Below are positions 30,799 to 41,971 of a stretch of 64,000 bases of DNA, piece by piece (position 1 is the first letter of the stretch; each line of letters begins with the position of its first letter). The position numbers were made by a program, and so were the translations under genes. The stretch comes from Mantamonas sphyraenae STR306 (Eukaryota; Protista; CRuMs). The DNA is taken from positions 124,001 through 188,000 of the forward strand of contig JAPMXV010000010.1 in assembly GCA_026936335.1 (NCBI GenBank), written 5' to 3'. The notes under the pieces were generated by a model. That model did not search any database. It saw only the letters and a list, made by a program, of their open reading frames with translations, and had not been told where the DNA came from.

Positions 30799-33700
30799 AT
30801 GTCACTGGCGTTCACTCTGGAAGTCCTGTGGGAAATCGTCACCATCGTTCCTCGCCTCCTGTGGTGGCTTTGGCGTCTCCACGTGGATCCCATTGAGCAG
30901 ACGGCAGTGGAGTACCATGCGTCGTGGTTCAACGTGACGGTGGAATCACTCACCTCGTCCACGCCGGCCCAGCTTGGCTACAACACCCTCCTGCAATGGA
31001 TATACTTCAAGGGAGTGTATGCTGTCCAGTTTCTCATGGCGTTTGGCTTTGGTACCTACGTCGTCTTTCTCCTGATCATGTTTGTCGGCGCTGTGTTCCT
31101 GATGGGCGTCATCCTCGCACAAAAGCTCGTGTACTTTTGTGCGTCGGTGTTCCTGACCAAGTTTGACCCTGGCCAGGCCACACGCAATCATTGGGCATTC
31201 TTTGCCAAGCAAGCCCCCGGGGTGTTTGGTATCACCCTCTGGGGCCTTTTCACCGCCGACTGGGTCGCCCACGTGTCCATCCTCAATCCTCGCCACATCC
31301 TCTTGGCCAAGGCAGAGGTGCACTCCCGTTGGGAAATGACCCATTTCGCTTACGGACTCCTCGAAGGTGCGTACGCCCGTTGCCAAATGGGATTCAACCG
31401 AGCACGACATTTTTGCAGCACAAGCAACACCACCCTGGCTGCCCTGCGTGGATTGCCCCCTTCCATGGAGAGTGCCTTTCAATCCCGGGTGCTTCCCAAG
31501 CTCATGTCCAGCACAGTGGCCCTTTGGTCGCGTCAGGACCGTGTTCACCTCGAACGCGATCTCCAACACGTGTGTTTCCGCGCCGTCGCCTCGCTTGTGA
31601 TCGACATGCGCCTGTCCGAACCCACCCATTGGCGTGCAGTGCGTCCTCACATGCTCGAGTTTGTCCATCAACTGCGGCAGATGGCGTTGCAGGGCAATCG
31701 CTGGCGCGAAGACTACACCCGCACTGTGGAGCGGCTGTGCAAGCCAGCAGGCGAGGTCTTTCGCGCCTGTGGATACAGTCGAAAGATTGGTGCTGTGCAG
31801 AGGGTGCGTGGGCAGGGCAAGGAGGTGCCATACGACGGACTGGTGGAGCATTTGACCTTGTACGACCACAATATGGAAAACGTGGGCCACAGCAACGCCT
31901 TTCTGGGCGAGAAACCAGAGGAAAGCAGGGAACCCACGTCGATAGCCGAGTTGTTCATCCAACAGAGTGCCACCAATGTGCAATTGGAGGATTTTGTGAT
32001 TGGATTGCTAGCGGATGCTGTGCACGGATCACAAGCCCTCGCCAGCGCTGTGGTCGCCACCATGCATCACCTGCACGCAAACAAGGACCATGCACGCCGT
32101 GCCGCTCATGAGGTCCATCATCACATGGCCAAAGGTCCGTTGGATGCCGAGGGGGTCACCACCCAATTGCCCTTTGTGCGCGCGTGTGTGCTTGAGGCAC
32201 TGCGTCTCTCGCCTCCAGTCTCCTGTCTGCACAGAGGCTCTGACCCAATGAGAGAGGAGCCTCCGCTGTGCCAACTCTTGCTGCCAGACTTTCTCTCCTT
32301 TGTGGCGTTCGCATCGATGGAACACAGCTACGTGATGCCTCACCTGCCGGTTGACGTATACCACCGGCAAGAATCGCTTTATGGGCCACATGCAGATATA
32401 TTCGACCCACAAAGGCTCATGCGTGACATGGAACAACTTCAGGAGAAACAAGAAACGTGGATGGAAGACCAAGCCGTCCGGTTCGCCGAAGCCCTACAAG
32501 CCTGTCCTCCAGGGCATGATCAGATCCTTCTTCAACAGCAACGCCACCAAGCAGTCGCTGCGCGCACGCGTTGTCCCCTCTTTGATGATTCTTTCCGCAC
32601 AAGCGTCCAGAACGGGTCACTGAGCGTGGGCATGCCAAGAATGCGCAAAACCTACGCCAACGACGAGGTGCCCTTCACGCTGGACGACCATGCTCACACC
32701 TACTGCAAGTATGCATCCATGGGTCTCACAAAGAGCTGCCCAGTCGCCGGTCTCGCCATCGACAGCTGTGTCAACATCGTGGCCCACATCCTGGCCTACT
32801 TTGGCACCGCATGGACCCTCGAGGACCACGAGCTGTCAAGTGTGGACTTTGGTGGATTGTTTGGCACAGATTTTCTCCACACGGATGACTTTGACCTGTG
32901 CATGCACGTCGGTGACTTGCCACACGATGAGGCAGCGGATGTGCATGCGTGCCGCAAGATGATGATGGAGGAGGGTGGGAGCCTGGTGGTGGGCAGCAGC
33001 AACCTCATTGCAAGCATTGCTGCCTCAGAGGACACCCTTCTGGCACAGATGGAAACAGAGGCGCAGGATTCCCAGGACGAGGAGGATTCATCATCCAGCT
33101 CCGATGACGACCACGACGACGACCACGAGGAATATCACGTTGACCATCTCCTGGACCTGCCATTGGAGGTTCTCATGCGTGTGGTGTCGCATTGCAGTCT
33201 TCGAGACGTGTCATCCATCCGTCTCACATGTCGACGGTTCAAGGAGGCGGCGGATCAGCCCAGTGTCCTGCTGCAGTTGTTTGGCGAGCGCCTGCCCAAT
33301 GGATGGGAGGAGGAGTATGCACGGTCGGTACAGGAAGGAAGCACATCGGCCGATCTGATGACATGGTTCACCGATCAGTCCACCCTGCAACGAATGATCG
33401 CACAACCGTTTGGCTTTCAAAAGGACGCCTTCCAAATCTACGACAACTTTACTCCTGAGTCTGAGTTGCCCATCTCGAAAGGAGGCACCTGGCAATGGCC
33501 CTGGGAGACACGCATGGAGGCACGAGAGATCGCCGAGGCCAACAAATTGCGCAAGGAAAAGGAGGCCGCCGCGAAGGAGACGAACTCCCAAACTGGCTCT
33601 GAGGACAACGATGGCCAAGATGAGGACGACACTGATGGCAAGGAGAGCGCACATGACAAGGAGGAGGACAAGCATCCATACGAGACCAACCTGCGCATCG

Positions 33701-34683
33701 ACCCGGCTCGCCAAGCATTGCGATTCCATGTGCCCGGCTGGGGCCCTGTTGACCGCGATGCCCTTAAAGCCAAGGTGCAACGTGTGCTCAACTGTCCGGA
33801 TCTGCCGCGTCTCAAGGTCATGTTCATGTCCATTTTCGATGACACATACGAGGAAGAAGGTGGAGCAAGGGTGTCGCAAGAGTTCATGATCAGCGAACTG
33901 GTCATCCAGCTCAACCGCCGACGTGCAGATGGCATCGACACACAACCACTCTTTGCCCAACTCCGTGCCTTCCTCGGCTACTTGTGTGAAACCAACGTTG
34001 TCAATTGGGACAATGATGAAGGCGGGGGCGCGAGATGCTTCTTCCAAGTGCCATCATTGGGTGACCTGCTGCCCCACATGCCCAATGTCCAAACCGTGTT
34101 GCTTCGTGGTCAGGGGCTGCAGCTACCCACGGCATTGCAACTCACACACCTGCACACCCTCGTCATCCAATCCCGCGGCTTGTCACGCACCCTCATCCAA
34201 GAGATCACCACCCACGACTTTCCCAACCTCCGCTGGTTGGAGCTGTGGCTGGGTTCGCCCCTCTACGGTGCCTCTTGGTTGGACAATGATCTGGAGAACG
34301 GTCTCTTGGCTCGGCCAGAATCCTACCCCAGCGACGCGCGACGGTTCCCCAAGCTTCGGGTGTTGGGTCTGTGCCACTGCCACGCCATCGACTCGCTCGT
34401 GCCCATCCTGGCGGCGAGCGAGCTGTTGCAACAGCTGGAGGTGGTCGATTTCTCCCTGGGATGCCTCAGCGATGACTGCGCCGATGGCTTCAAACGCCTG
34501 CTGCGAAAGGGCACCGCATTGCACAAAGTCGTCTGCTCCGACCACTACCTCACCGAGGAAATGTGTGCGCAGTTGCAGAGCTATGCCAAGGAACACACCA
34601 CCATCACCGTGCAACTGTCCCCTGTCCGACGCTATCCTGTCCAGCCGGCATCCCGTGACATCTACTACGGCAACCACTGGTGA
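30799..34683 (+). CDS. TM-cytochrome P450-F-box-LRR fusion, paralogue 3 (intact, 1294 aa)
   Basis: Single uninterrupted ORF: TM, AVHGSQALASA, EALRLSPPV (~32194), FDPQRL, MGLTKSCPVAGLA (Cys 32737-32739), F-box LLDLPLEVLMRVVSHCSLRDVSSIRLTCRRFKEAA (~33148-33255), LRRs ~34060-34600. Confidence 0.9.
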   Translation: MSLAFTLEVLWEIVTIVPRLLWWLWRLHVDPIEQTAVEYHASWFNVTVESLTSSTPAQLGYNTLLQWIYFKGVYAVQFLMAFGFGTYVVFLLIMFVGAVFLMGVILAQKLVYFCASVFLTKFDPGQATRNHWAFFAKQAPGVFGITLWGLFTADWVAHVSILNPRHILLAKAEVHSRWEMTHFAYGLLEGAYARCQMGFNRARHFCSTSNTTLAALRGLPPSMESAFQSRVLPKLMSSTVALWSRQDRVHLERDLQHVCFRAVASLVIDMRLSEPTHWRAVRPHMLEFVHQLRQMALQGNRWREDYTRTVERLCKPAGEVFRACGYSRKIGAVQRVRGQGKEVPYDGLVEHLTLYDHNMENVGHSNAFLGEKPEESREPTSIAELFIQQSATNVQLEDFVIGLLADAVHGSQALASAVVATMHHLHANKDHARRAAHEVHHHMAKGPLDAEGVTTQLPFVRACVLEALRLSPPVSCLHRGSDPMREEPPLCQLLLPDFLSFVAFASMEHSYVMPHLPVDVYHRQESLYGPHADIFDPQRLMRDMEQLQEKQETWMEDQAVRFAEALQACPPGHDQILLQQQRHQAVAARTRCPLFDDSFRTSVQNGSLSVGMPRMRKTYANDEVPFTLDDHAHTYCKYASMGLTKSCPVAGLAIDSCVNIVAHILAYFGTAWTLEDHELSSVDFGGLFGTDFLHTDDFDLCMHVGDLPHDEAADVHACRKMMMEEGGSLVVGSSNLIASIAASEDTLLAQMETEAQDSQDEEDSSSSSDDDHDDDHEEYHVDHLLDLPLEVLMRVVSHCSLRDVSSIRLTCRRFKEAADQPSVLLQLFGERLPNGWEEEYARSVQEGSTSADLMTWFTDQSTLQRMIAQPFGFQKDAFQIYDNFTPESELPISKGGTWQWPWETRMEAREIAEANKLRKEKEAAAKETNSQTGSEDNDGQDEDDTDGKESAHDKEEDKHPYETNLRIDPARQALRFHVPGWGPVDRDALKAKVQRVLNCPDLPRLKVMFMSIFDDTYEEEGGARVSQEFMISELVIQLNRRRADGIDTQPLFAQLRAFLGYLCETNVVNWDNDEGGGARCFFQVPSLGDLLPHMPNVQTVLLRGQGLQLPTALQLTHLHTLVIQSRGLSRTLIQEITTHDFPNLRWLELWLGSPLYGASWLDNDLENGLLARPESYPSDARRFPKLRVLGLCHCHAIDSLVPILAASELLQQLEVVDFSLGCLSDDCADGFKRLLRKGTALHKVVCSDHYLTEEMCAQLQSYAKEHTTITVQLSPVRRYPVQPASRDIYYGNHW

Positions 34684-34734
34684 TCACATTCAAATGACTC
34701 TTTGATTCTCCTCCTCCCCCCACCCACCCACCGC

Positions 34735-36223
34735 TCACTTGTCCTTCTTCCCCAGACCGCGAAAGGCGTTGATTGCACGCGACGTGGCTTTGGTCACCTC
34801 CACAGAGGTGCTTCCGCTCTCCTTGTCCGAGGTGGGACTCTTGCTGCTGCTGCTTCGATTGCTGACTTTGCTGGAGCCACCTGTGGCAATGCTGGCAATG
34901 CTGGCCAGACTCGTGCTGCTTGTGCTGCTCGTCAACTTGCTCTTCTTGGTGCGCGTGGCACTGCGTTTGCTCGTCGACTTGCCTCCACTCTGTGCCTTGA
35001 GATTGATCTGAGTCGCTGCAATGTTGGCCGTCATGTTGGACACGGAGAGTCCCTTGCACTCCAAGTCGCCGTCCGGCAGTCGTCGAAGGCTGGGAATGGC
35101 CACTCCCAATGCGGCAATCTTGTCGCCCACATCCGCCGCAAGCACCTGTTCCCTGTGGTTGTCGTCCTGGAACATAAAGTTGCGGATGCAGGACACGGTG
35201 TAGTAGATGACCTCAAACACGGTGCTGTGATCCAGCAGCTGCACCCAGACGTCCAGAGCATCGGCCTGCTGAAACGCATCCTGTACGTTCTGGTTGCACT
35301 CCAACATGTTCACCATGCACGCCAGCAGCTGCACACGTGTGTTCTCCCTCTCCACACGCCCCAACACGTTCATCATCAGCCGCACGCCCCCCAGATTCAA
35401 CATCTTGTCCTGCTGCGTCACATTCTGGCAACACATGTTGCGCAACAGTCGCACGCAATGGTGCAACAAGTCCGCGTCTTCCTCGCCCCTGTTTCGAATC
35501 AGCTTCACCACCATTCCCGTCACATCTGCCTTGCCGAGCTGCGCCTGGTACCGTTGGTGGAACGCAACCAGATTTGCCAGCGACCACACTGCCATGGTGG
35601 CCACTTGCACGTCCGCTGCCTCGCAGTTGTCCATCAACACAGGCAGCAGATCGGTGGCCACGTTCTTAAACGCCTTTTCAAACTTGCTCGATGCCATCAT
35701 TCGTTTCAGCAGCTGCAGCGCAGCCACGCGCACCTCGGTGTTGCCTGTGGTGCGCAGGGTGTTCATCAGTTGTTTAAACACAGCTTTGCTGGCCACCGCA
35801 CGTGCTGCCTGCTCCCTGCACACCCCGTGCAGGGCATTCAGTGCCGCCACCTGCATGTCTGCGTTGTTGGCCGTGCTCAGCAGAGACAAGGCCTCCACGC
35901 CGCCGCTCTCGCGTATCTGCTTGGCCAATTCCTCGTGTTCGTTTGCCATCACGTTCAGCCTACGTGCGGCTGCCATCACCAGCGTGCCGTCGTTTGATGC
36001 GCTGATCAGGGTGATCAGGGAGGGCACGTCCTGCACACGCTCCACAAGGGCTTCCGACGTGTAGTTCACCGTCCCTCGCACTCGTTGCCTTTGTGTCTCG
36101 TTCGCCTTGATCCCATTGGCCTCCATGTACGACAGGAACTGACCCGGGATTTCCTCCAGCACGTTCATCGACAGCTCCATGCTCACCTCCCCGTTGTCGC
36201 CCAGATAGTCATTCATCGCAATG

Positions 36224-36263
<40 letters not shown>

Positions 36264-38514
36264 CACCTGCGTGAGCATCCCTCTCCTGTGTACCTACCCA
36301 ACCTACCCCCCACCCCCCCTTCCCCTTCCCCCGATGTCCCTTCCCATCTCTAAACTCACATTCACAATGTCTCGCTCTCCCACTCGACCATCACTGTGAC
36401 GCAACGCCTCCTGATCTGCATCCAACTGGTCCATGGCCTCAAAGTCATTGTCGCCGACACCGACAATGACGATGCTCAGCGGCAGCGACGATGCCTCGAC
36501 AATGGCATCCACTGTCTCGCGGTAGTCGTTGATCCTTCCGTTGCTAATGATCAGTAGGATGTAATACTTCTGCTCCTCTTGTGTGTTGTCCACCGACCGT
36601 GCCATCTCGCTTGCCTTTCGAATCAGAGGCTCAAAGCACGCCTGTGTGCCATTGTCCACATTCTTCAATGTGGCCCAGTAGCGTTCCACCACGCCTTCGA
36701 TGCCATCCACGTACGGATCGTCCTCGTTGCCGTTCAATGCCAACAGATGGTTGTGTGTTCCCAACGACTCCCCGCGCCCACTCGTCCCAAACCCATACAC
36801 ACTGTACCGCTTGTCGTCGTCATACTCTGCCAACACGTCGCCCACATGACGGATGGCCGTTTCGTACTCGTTGTTCTCATGCCGCGCGTGCCCTGTGCCC
36901 TTTGTCTGCGTGCTCTCTGCGCTGAAATCCACCCCGACAATCAGATCGATTTCACACCCGCCTGCCAGGTAGTCCAGGAAGCTTGCTTCGGCACTCTCCT
37001 TGTGGTACTCAAAGCGCAACCGCGACAGATTCTGCATGGTGGCGTTTGTGTCGGCTTCGTTCGGCTCACACTTTTCCAGCACCAGTTCGCCACATCGTCC
37101 GCCCTTGTCCGCATTCTGCAGTTCCAATGTGCTGTTGGGGTCCATGAGCAGCATTTGTGCAATGGATGTGATCACAAAGCCCACCTCCTGGTCGTCCGAG
37201 TCTCGATTCCAGTCCACCACAGACAGACGCAGCGCACGATCCTTGTCTCCGTTGCAAATGCGAGACACGGGCAGTTGGAACGCTGCCCATTCTGGTTCCT
37301 GTGTGTTTTTGATCACTTCCGTCCTGTAGAACGGCACAAAGTCGTCTGCCATCCGTTCGTTCCTTTGCTTGGCCAACACCAGGTAGGGGTCTCCACGTCC
37401 AAACACATCCATGCGGGGCAACCCAGTGGCCGACAGTTCAAAGTCCACCAAAAAGTCGCCTTCTGCCAACGCCTGCGAACGGGTCAACGAGCCCAGCGAC
37501 TCGGAGATCAACCGTTGCACCTTTGCGTCCAGGTCCACCACCTCCTCCCCATACACCTCCAACACCCCGCGTGTCTTGCCCTTGTGCTTGCTGTTCACTC
37601 GGTCCACAATGTCCACCTGCACCCGTCCGTCGCTGCTCTTGAGCACCGACGCAAGTGTAAACTCCGCCTCGCCCAGGTAGTCGTGCTCCGTCGCCGTGCC
37701 CACCTCGTCCACATCCACAACCTCCACCTTCATCTCCTGCCGCTTTTCGAAAATAAACTTCACCTGGAAGCTCTTTACAAATTTCGGGTTGTTGTTGTCC
37801 CTGTGTGGCCGTGTGTGCGTGTCAGCGCGGTTTCTCGGTGTCAACACACTTTTCTTCCCGGATCGCGAATTCCTTCTGCACTCCTTTCCCCGCCCCTTTG
37901 TCCCATACTCCACCCGGCCTCCCGCTCCCACCCCTTGCTACTTACTGGATCACTTCGGTGCGGCCCTTTTCAATCCACTTGCCAAACACGTTCTTCTCAA
38001 ACAGGATGGCCATGGGGTCGGACTGCGAGGTGCGATCGAGCGAGGGCAACCCTGTGCACGCCAGCGTCAACTCCACCAGCTGGCCATGTTCGTCACTGCT
38101 CGTCATGTCAGCCAGGCTCATGTCCGGCACAATCGACAGACGCGATGGCACAAACTTCTTCTTGCTCTCCACCACCATCAGTTCGCTCACTTTGGCCTCC
38201 AACGACCCTCGTCTTGCCGCCGCTTCCGCCGCCGCCGCCGCCGCCGCCGACGAGTTTCCAGCTGCACTTGCCGTCTCCCCGTCCTCATCCACCACCACTG
38301 TCATCATCTCATCCTGGCCCGCCTGGCCGCGTTCCGACCTTCTGCTCTCCTCCTCCTCCATCACCTCCCGCACTTCATCCGTCACCACCCACGCAGGCGG
38401 AGGCGGCTCTTCAAACTGAGCCCCTCCTCCCTCCTCCTCCTCCTCCTCCTCCTCCTCCATTTCCCCCATCTCTTCGCCCTCTACAATCACCACAACTTCA
38501 CTCTCGTCAGCCAT
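34735..38514 (-). CDS. Copine (C2-C2-vWA) with C-terminal armadillo repeats; 3 exons
   Basis: C2A LDRTSQSDP..GRTEVIQ/DNNNPKF (intron 37945-37801), C2B MDVFGRGDPY, vWA SFLDYLAGG..LPLSIVIVGVG..ERDIVN/FIAM (intron 36359-36226), VLEEIPGQFLSYM, then ARM-like repeats (GGVEAL, AVWSLANL, GGVRLM). Confidence 0.85.
36227..36262. repeat. (TG)n microsatellite, (CA)n on the sense strand, abutting the copine intron acceptor
   Basis: Direct reading. Confidence 0.95.
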
Positions 38515-38628
38515 CTCAACTCTCGTCTTGCTCTCGAGAAAAAGGCAGCGAAAAGTTGGCCAACGCTGAACCGTCTCTCCACACATTCTCCTCTCTTCAT
38601 TCCTCTCTCCCTCCATCTCCCCCTCTCA

Positions 38629-41600
38629 TTACGATGCATCCAGAACCTTGCGCACCACATCACGCGACCACTTGGCGCTTTCCCTCAGCTCCACGTTGCG
38701 GGATCGTGCGCAGTAGTTGATGATGTCCTTGACAATGGTGTGTCGCTTGAGGCTCTTGGCCGAGGCATCACCCATGGTGTTGGCCAGGTCGCCAATGACG
38801 TTGACGGCGCCCGACAGCACTGTGTCTGTGGTGTGCTTGTCGTGGAACACCACCTCCACGATGTTCATAATGCTCGGGATCTCCTCCAGCAGCAGATCCG
38901 CCTTTTCGTCAAAGGCCAGACCGTGCAGGATGCCCGTGTACGTCTCAAACAGCGCCTCGCGCAGGCGGTTGTGGTACGTGGCCATGCGCGGGTCGTCGTC
39001 GCCACCCAGGGTAAAGTAGGTGATCTGGCCCAGGAGGTTGAGGACGTCGTTCAGGTAGTCCTGGAAGGCGCCGCCAATGGCCATCGCCACGTCGCCAAAC
39101 ACCGCAATGGCCACCGGGGTCACGTTGGTGTGCACATCCTCCGCATTGATGATCGTATACAGGGCCGACATCAGGTCCGGCACGTGCATCTCCATGCTTG
39201 TCGTGCACGCGCGGCACAGGTCGCTCACCACACCCAGTGCCACAATGCACACCTGCCAGTTTTCGTACTGCTTCAAGCAGATGTGCAGAAAGTCCATCAT
39301 GTCCTGCAGGTGCGGCTCCATCGAACCCTCCACCTGGTTGGCCAGCAGACCAATCGCCATCAACACCTCCTCCTGCACCGTCGAATCGTCCGTCACCTCC
39401 AGCGTGTTCAGGTACAGCTCCATCAGCTGGTCCGTAATCACCCTCATCTGCAGGCCCAGCTTCTTGGTGATGCATGCAAGCGTCGATGCAAGCAGCGCCT
39501 GCAGCTCCGCAAGCTCGTTCTGCTCGTCCTGGTTGCGTGGCTTGATGTCCAACGTGCCCTCCAGACGCGAGATGATCTCGTCGGTCAGGTCGGTGATGTC
39601 GCTCACCGTGTCGTTGGCGCCGAACTGGATCATCATGTTGATGGCCTGGAAGCACGCTGCCAACAGGTGTGCCTCGCTGCTCTCGTCGCGATCCGCACAG
39701 TCCAGCAGCCAGTGCACAATGTCCACAAAGTGCGGGCTCAGCAGAGCCGTCTCCTGTTCGCGGTAGTCTGCCACGTGCAGCTGCATCGACGCAAGGTTCG
39801 AAATGGCGTAACACACGTTGGCTCCCACCCGCGCCTCGTCGTCCACCAGGTTCACCTGGAACTTGTCCAACATTTCGTTCAGCGCCTTGTCTGTCAGGTG
39901 CTGGTCGTACAGCTGCACAATGCGACCCAGCGTCCACGCCGCCGTGTCACGCACGTCCACACGCTCGTGCGACAACTTCTCCGTAAACACGTCGATGCCC
40001 TCCGCCAGGTACTCTTCCAACACCTCCTCCGACGGACCCTCAATCATGCATCCAAACGCCATGCACGCAGCCTCCGTCTCGCGCCAGTCGTCGCTGTCCA
40101 CGTTGTTGTTCACAAAGTTCATCACAAACTCCACCACAGGGTCCTTGGCCGTCCTCGACACCTGCTGCAGGCACGTGGCTGCCGCCATGGCCCGGTTCCA
40201 CGCGTCCGGATCGTACGGCGCGTCTTCGTCCTGGTCCTTGAGCAGATCCAGGAGCAGCGGCACGAGAAACTCCACCACGCCCTTGATGTAGTTCTGCGAC
40301 TCACGTCCGGTGACCCCCTGCGAGATCTGCATCTGGATCTGCATCTCTTCGTCGCAGATGGTGCTCCAGAACTCAATGGCTCGCAGACACACGCGCTCGT
40401 CGTCCTGCTTGATCGAGTCGTACGTCAACTCAAACAGGCCCTGGATGTAGTCCAGCAGATGGTCGTAAAAGATGGCTGCCACAGACACCAGGCAGTCCAT
40501 GCATGCAATGCGCAGCTTCACGCTCTCGTGTTCACACGAGTCCTGCAACAGCTCCATCAGGAACTTGCGCTCGTGCGGGTTGCGGAACACAGGGCCCGCA
40601 AAGTCCAGCGCGTTGTCCAGCGCCTCCGCGGCCGCGATGCGCACCTTCACTTCGGGCTCCTCGTTGCGCAGTCCGTTCACCATGGCCGAGATCACATCTG
40701 TGGCATCCTCTTCCGTCAGATCGTCCACTTCAAGGTCCTCACAAATGTACCCCAGCGTTTCCAGCGAGGCGATCTTCAGACCCACGTTGTCCTTGTGGCT
40801 GTCGTCGATCAGGTTCTGCAGCAGCTCGTAGATCAGTTGGTTCCACAGCTTCTTCGGCAGTTCAATGGCCGCAATCTTGCCAATCACCTGCGCCGCTGCA
40901 CGTCGTGCCAACGGTTCATCAGAGCCCAGCACGTCGAAAACCTGTGCGTTTGCGGTTGCGTGTCCCGCGCGCCAAAAAGTCAGCCTCGCCCTCCATGCAC
41001 AGCACGTCCAAGCCTCCCGCCCTGCCCAAGCCTTGCCCCAGGCCTCCACACACGTCCACATCCCGTAGCCCCATCTCTACAACCCCTTGGCTGTTCTCTG
41101 CCGCCTCCTCCAATGCTCCGCTCCCTTCCCCTGCGCCCTTTTTTTGGGGCCTCCCGTCCGAAAACTCACCTGGTCCTTGATCTGGCCACGGCTTTCGTCG
41201 TCGATTTCCAGCCACAGCGCTGCCAATTCACGTTCTGTCTCTGGGTTCTGTGCGCACGTGCGTGTGCGTGGTATGTGTGTGTGTGTGTGCAGCGCATGTG
41301 CGTGCGTGTGCAGTGCGTCCCTTCCTGTGTGAGCTTCCCTTCTCTCCGGCGGAATGTGCGGCCCGCCAAAAAATCCCACCCCGTGATCTCTCACCTTGGC
41401 ACTCAGCGTGTTTTTCAGCTGCAGACCTGCCTGCTGGCGCAACTCCGGGTCGTTCTCCTCGTTCGCCAGCTCCAGAGACATATGCCATTGAAACAGCGGC
41501 TGTGTTTCCCGGCGTGTGTGTGCACAAGCCCCGTCCGGAGCGCACTCCCTGTGTCAGCCTCCTCGAAAAACGGGTCGCTTCCCCCACACACAAATTCACA

Positions 41601-41900
41601 CAAATGCGTCCACGCCTTTGCAATCCCCCGCTGCTCCCCGCACGTACAAAGTCTGTCTGCTTCCACTCGTCGATGCGTTCGTTGGCTGCCTTGACATTTG
41701 CTGTGTGTCCCGGCCATGCTCCGTGTCAGTGCCGTGTTCATCATCATCCTGCGCGGTCGCTCCTCACACACGGCCCGTCGTCTGTGGATGTGCCACCGCC
41801 CCCTTCCACCCATGCCGTCCTCAAGCCACATCTCCAACCTACTGCCAGTCAGCGTATCTGCAAGCACATCATGCACATCGTCGTAGTTGGTGCCGCTCAT
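38629..41900 (-). CDS. KPNB1: Importin beta-1 (karyopherin beta); 5 exons
   Basis: Exons 41900-41843, 41700-41648, 41499-41395, 41247-41170, 40941-38629. Motifs RQQAGLQLKNTL, AAIELP, LETLGYICE, AIEFWSTICDEE, VRDTAAWTLGRI, LREALFETYTGI. Confidence 0.95.
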
Positions 41901-41971
41901 GGTGGATTTGGGTGGTTGGGCTCAGGCGGCGATGGGTCCCGCAACTTTTGCCGTCTTCTTTTGACTCCACC

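Noticed and set aside
36579-38720. 713-aa plus-strand ORF
   Set aside because: Antisense to copine; no independent coding signal.
37696-41694. 1332-aa plus-strand ORF
   Set aside because: Codon-register mirror of importin-beta/copine, H/V/L/Q-rich with no motifs; typical of high-GC3 genes.
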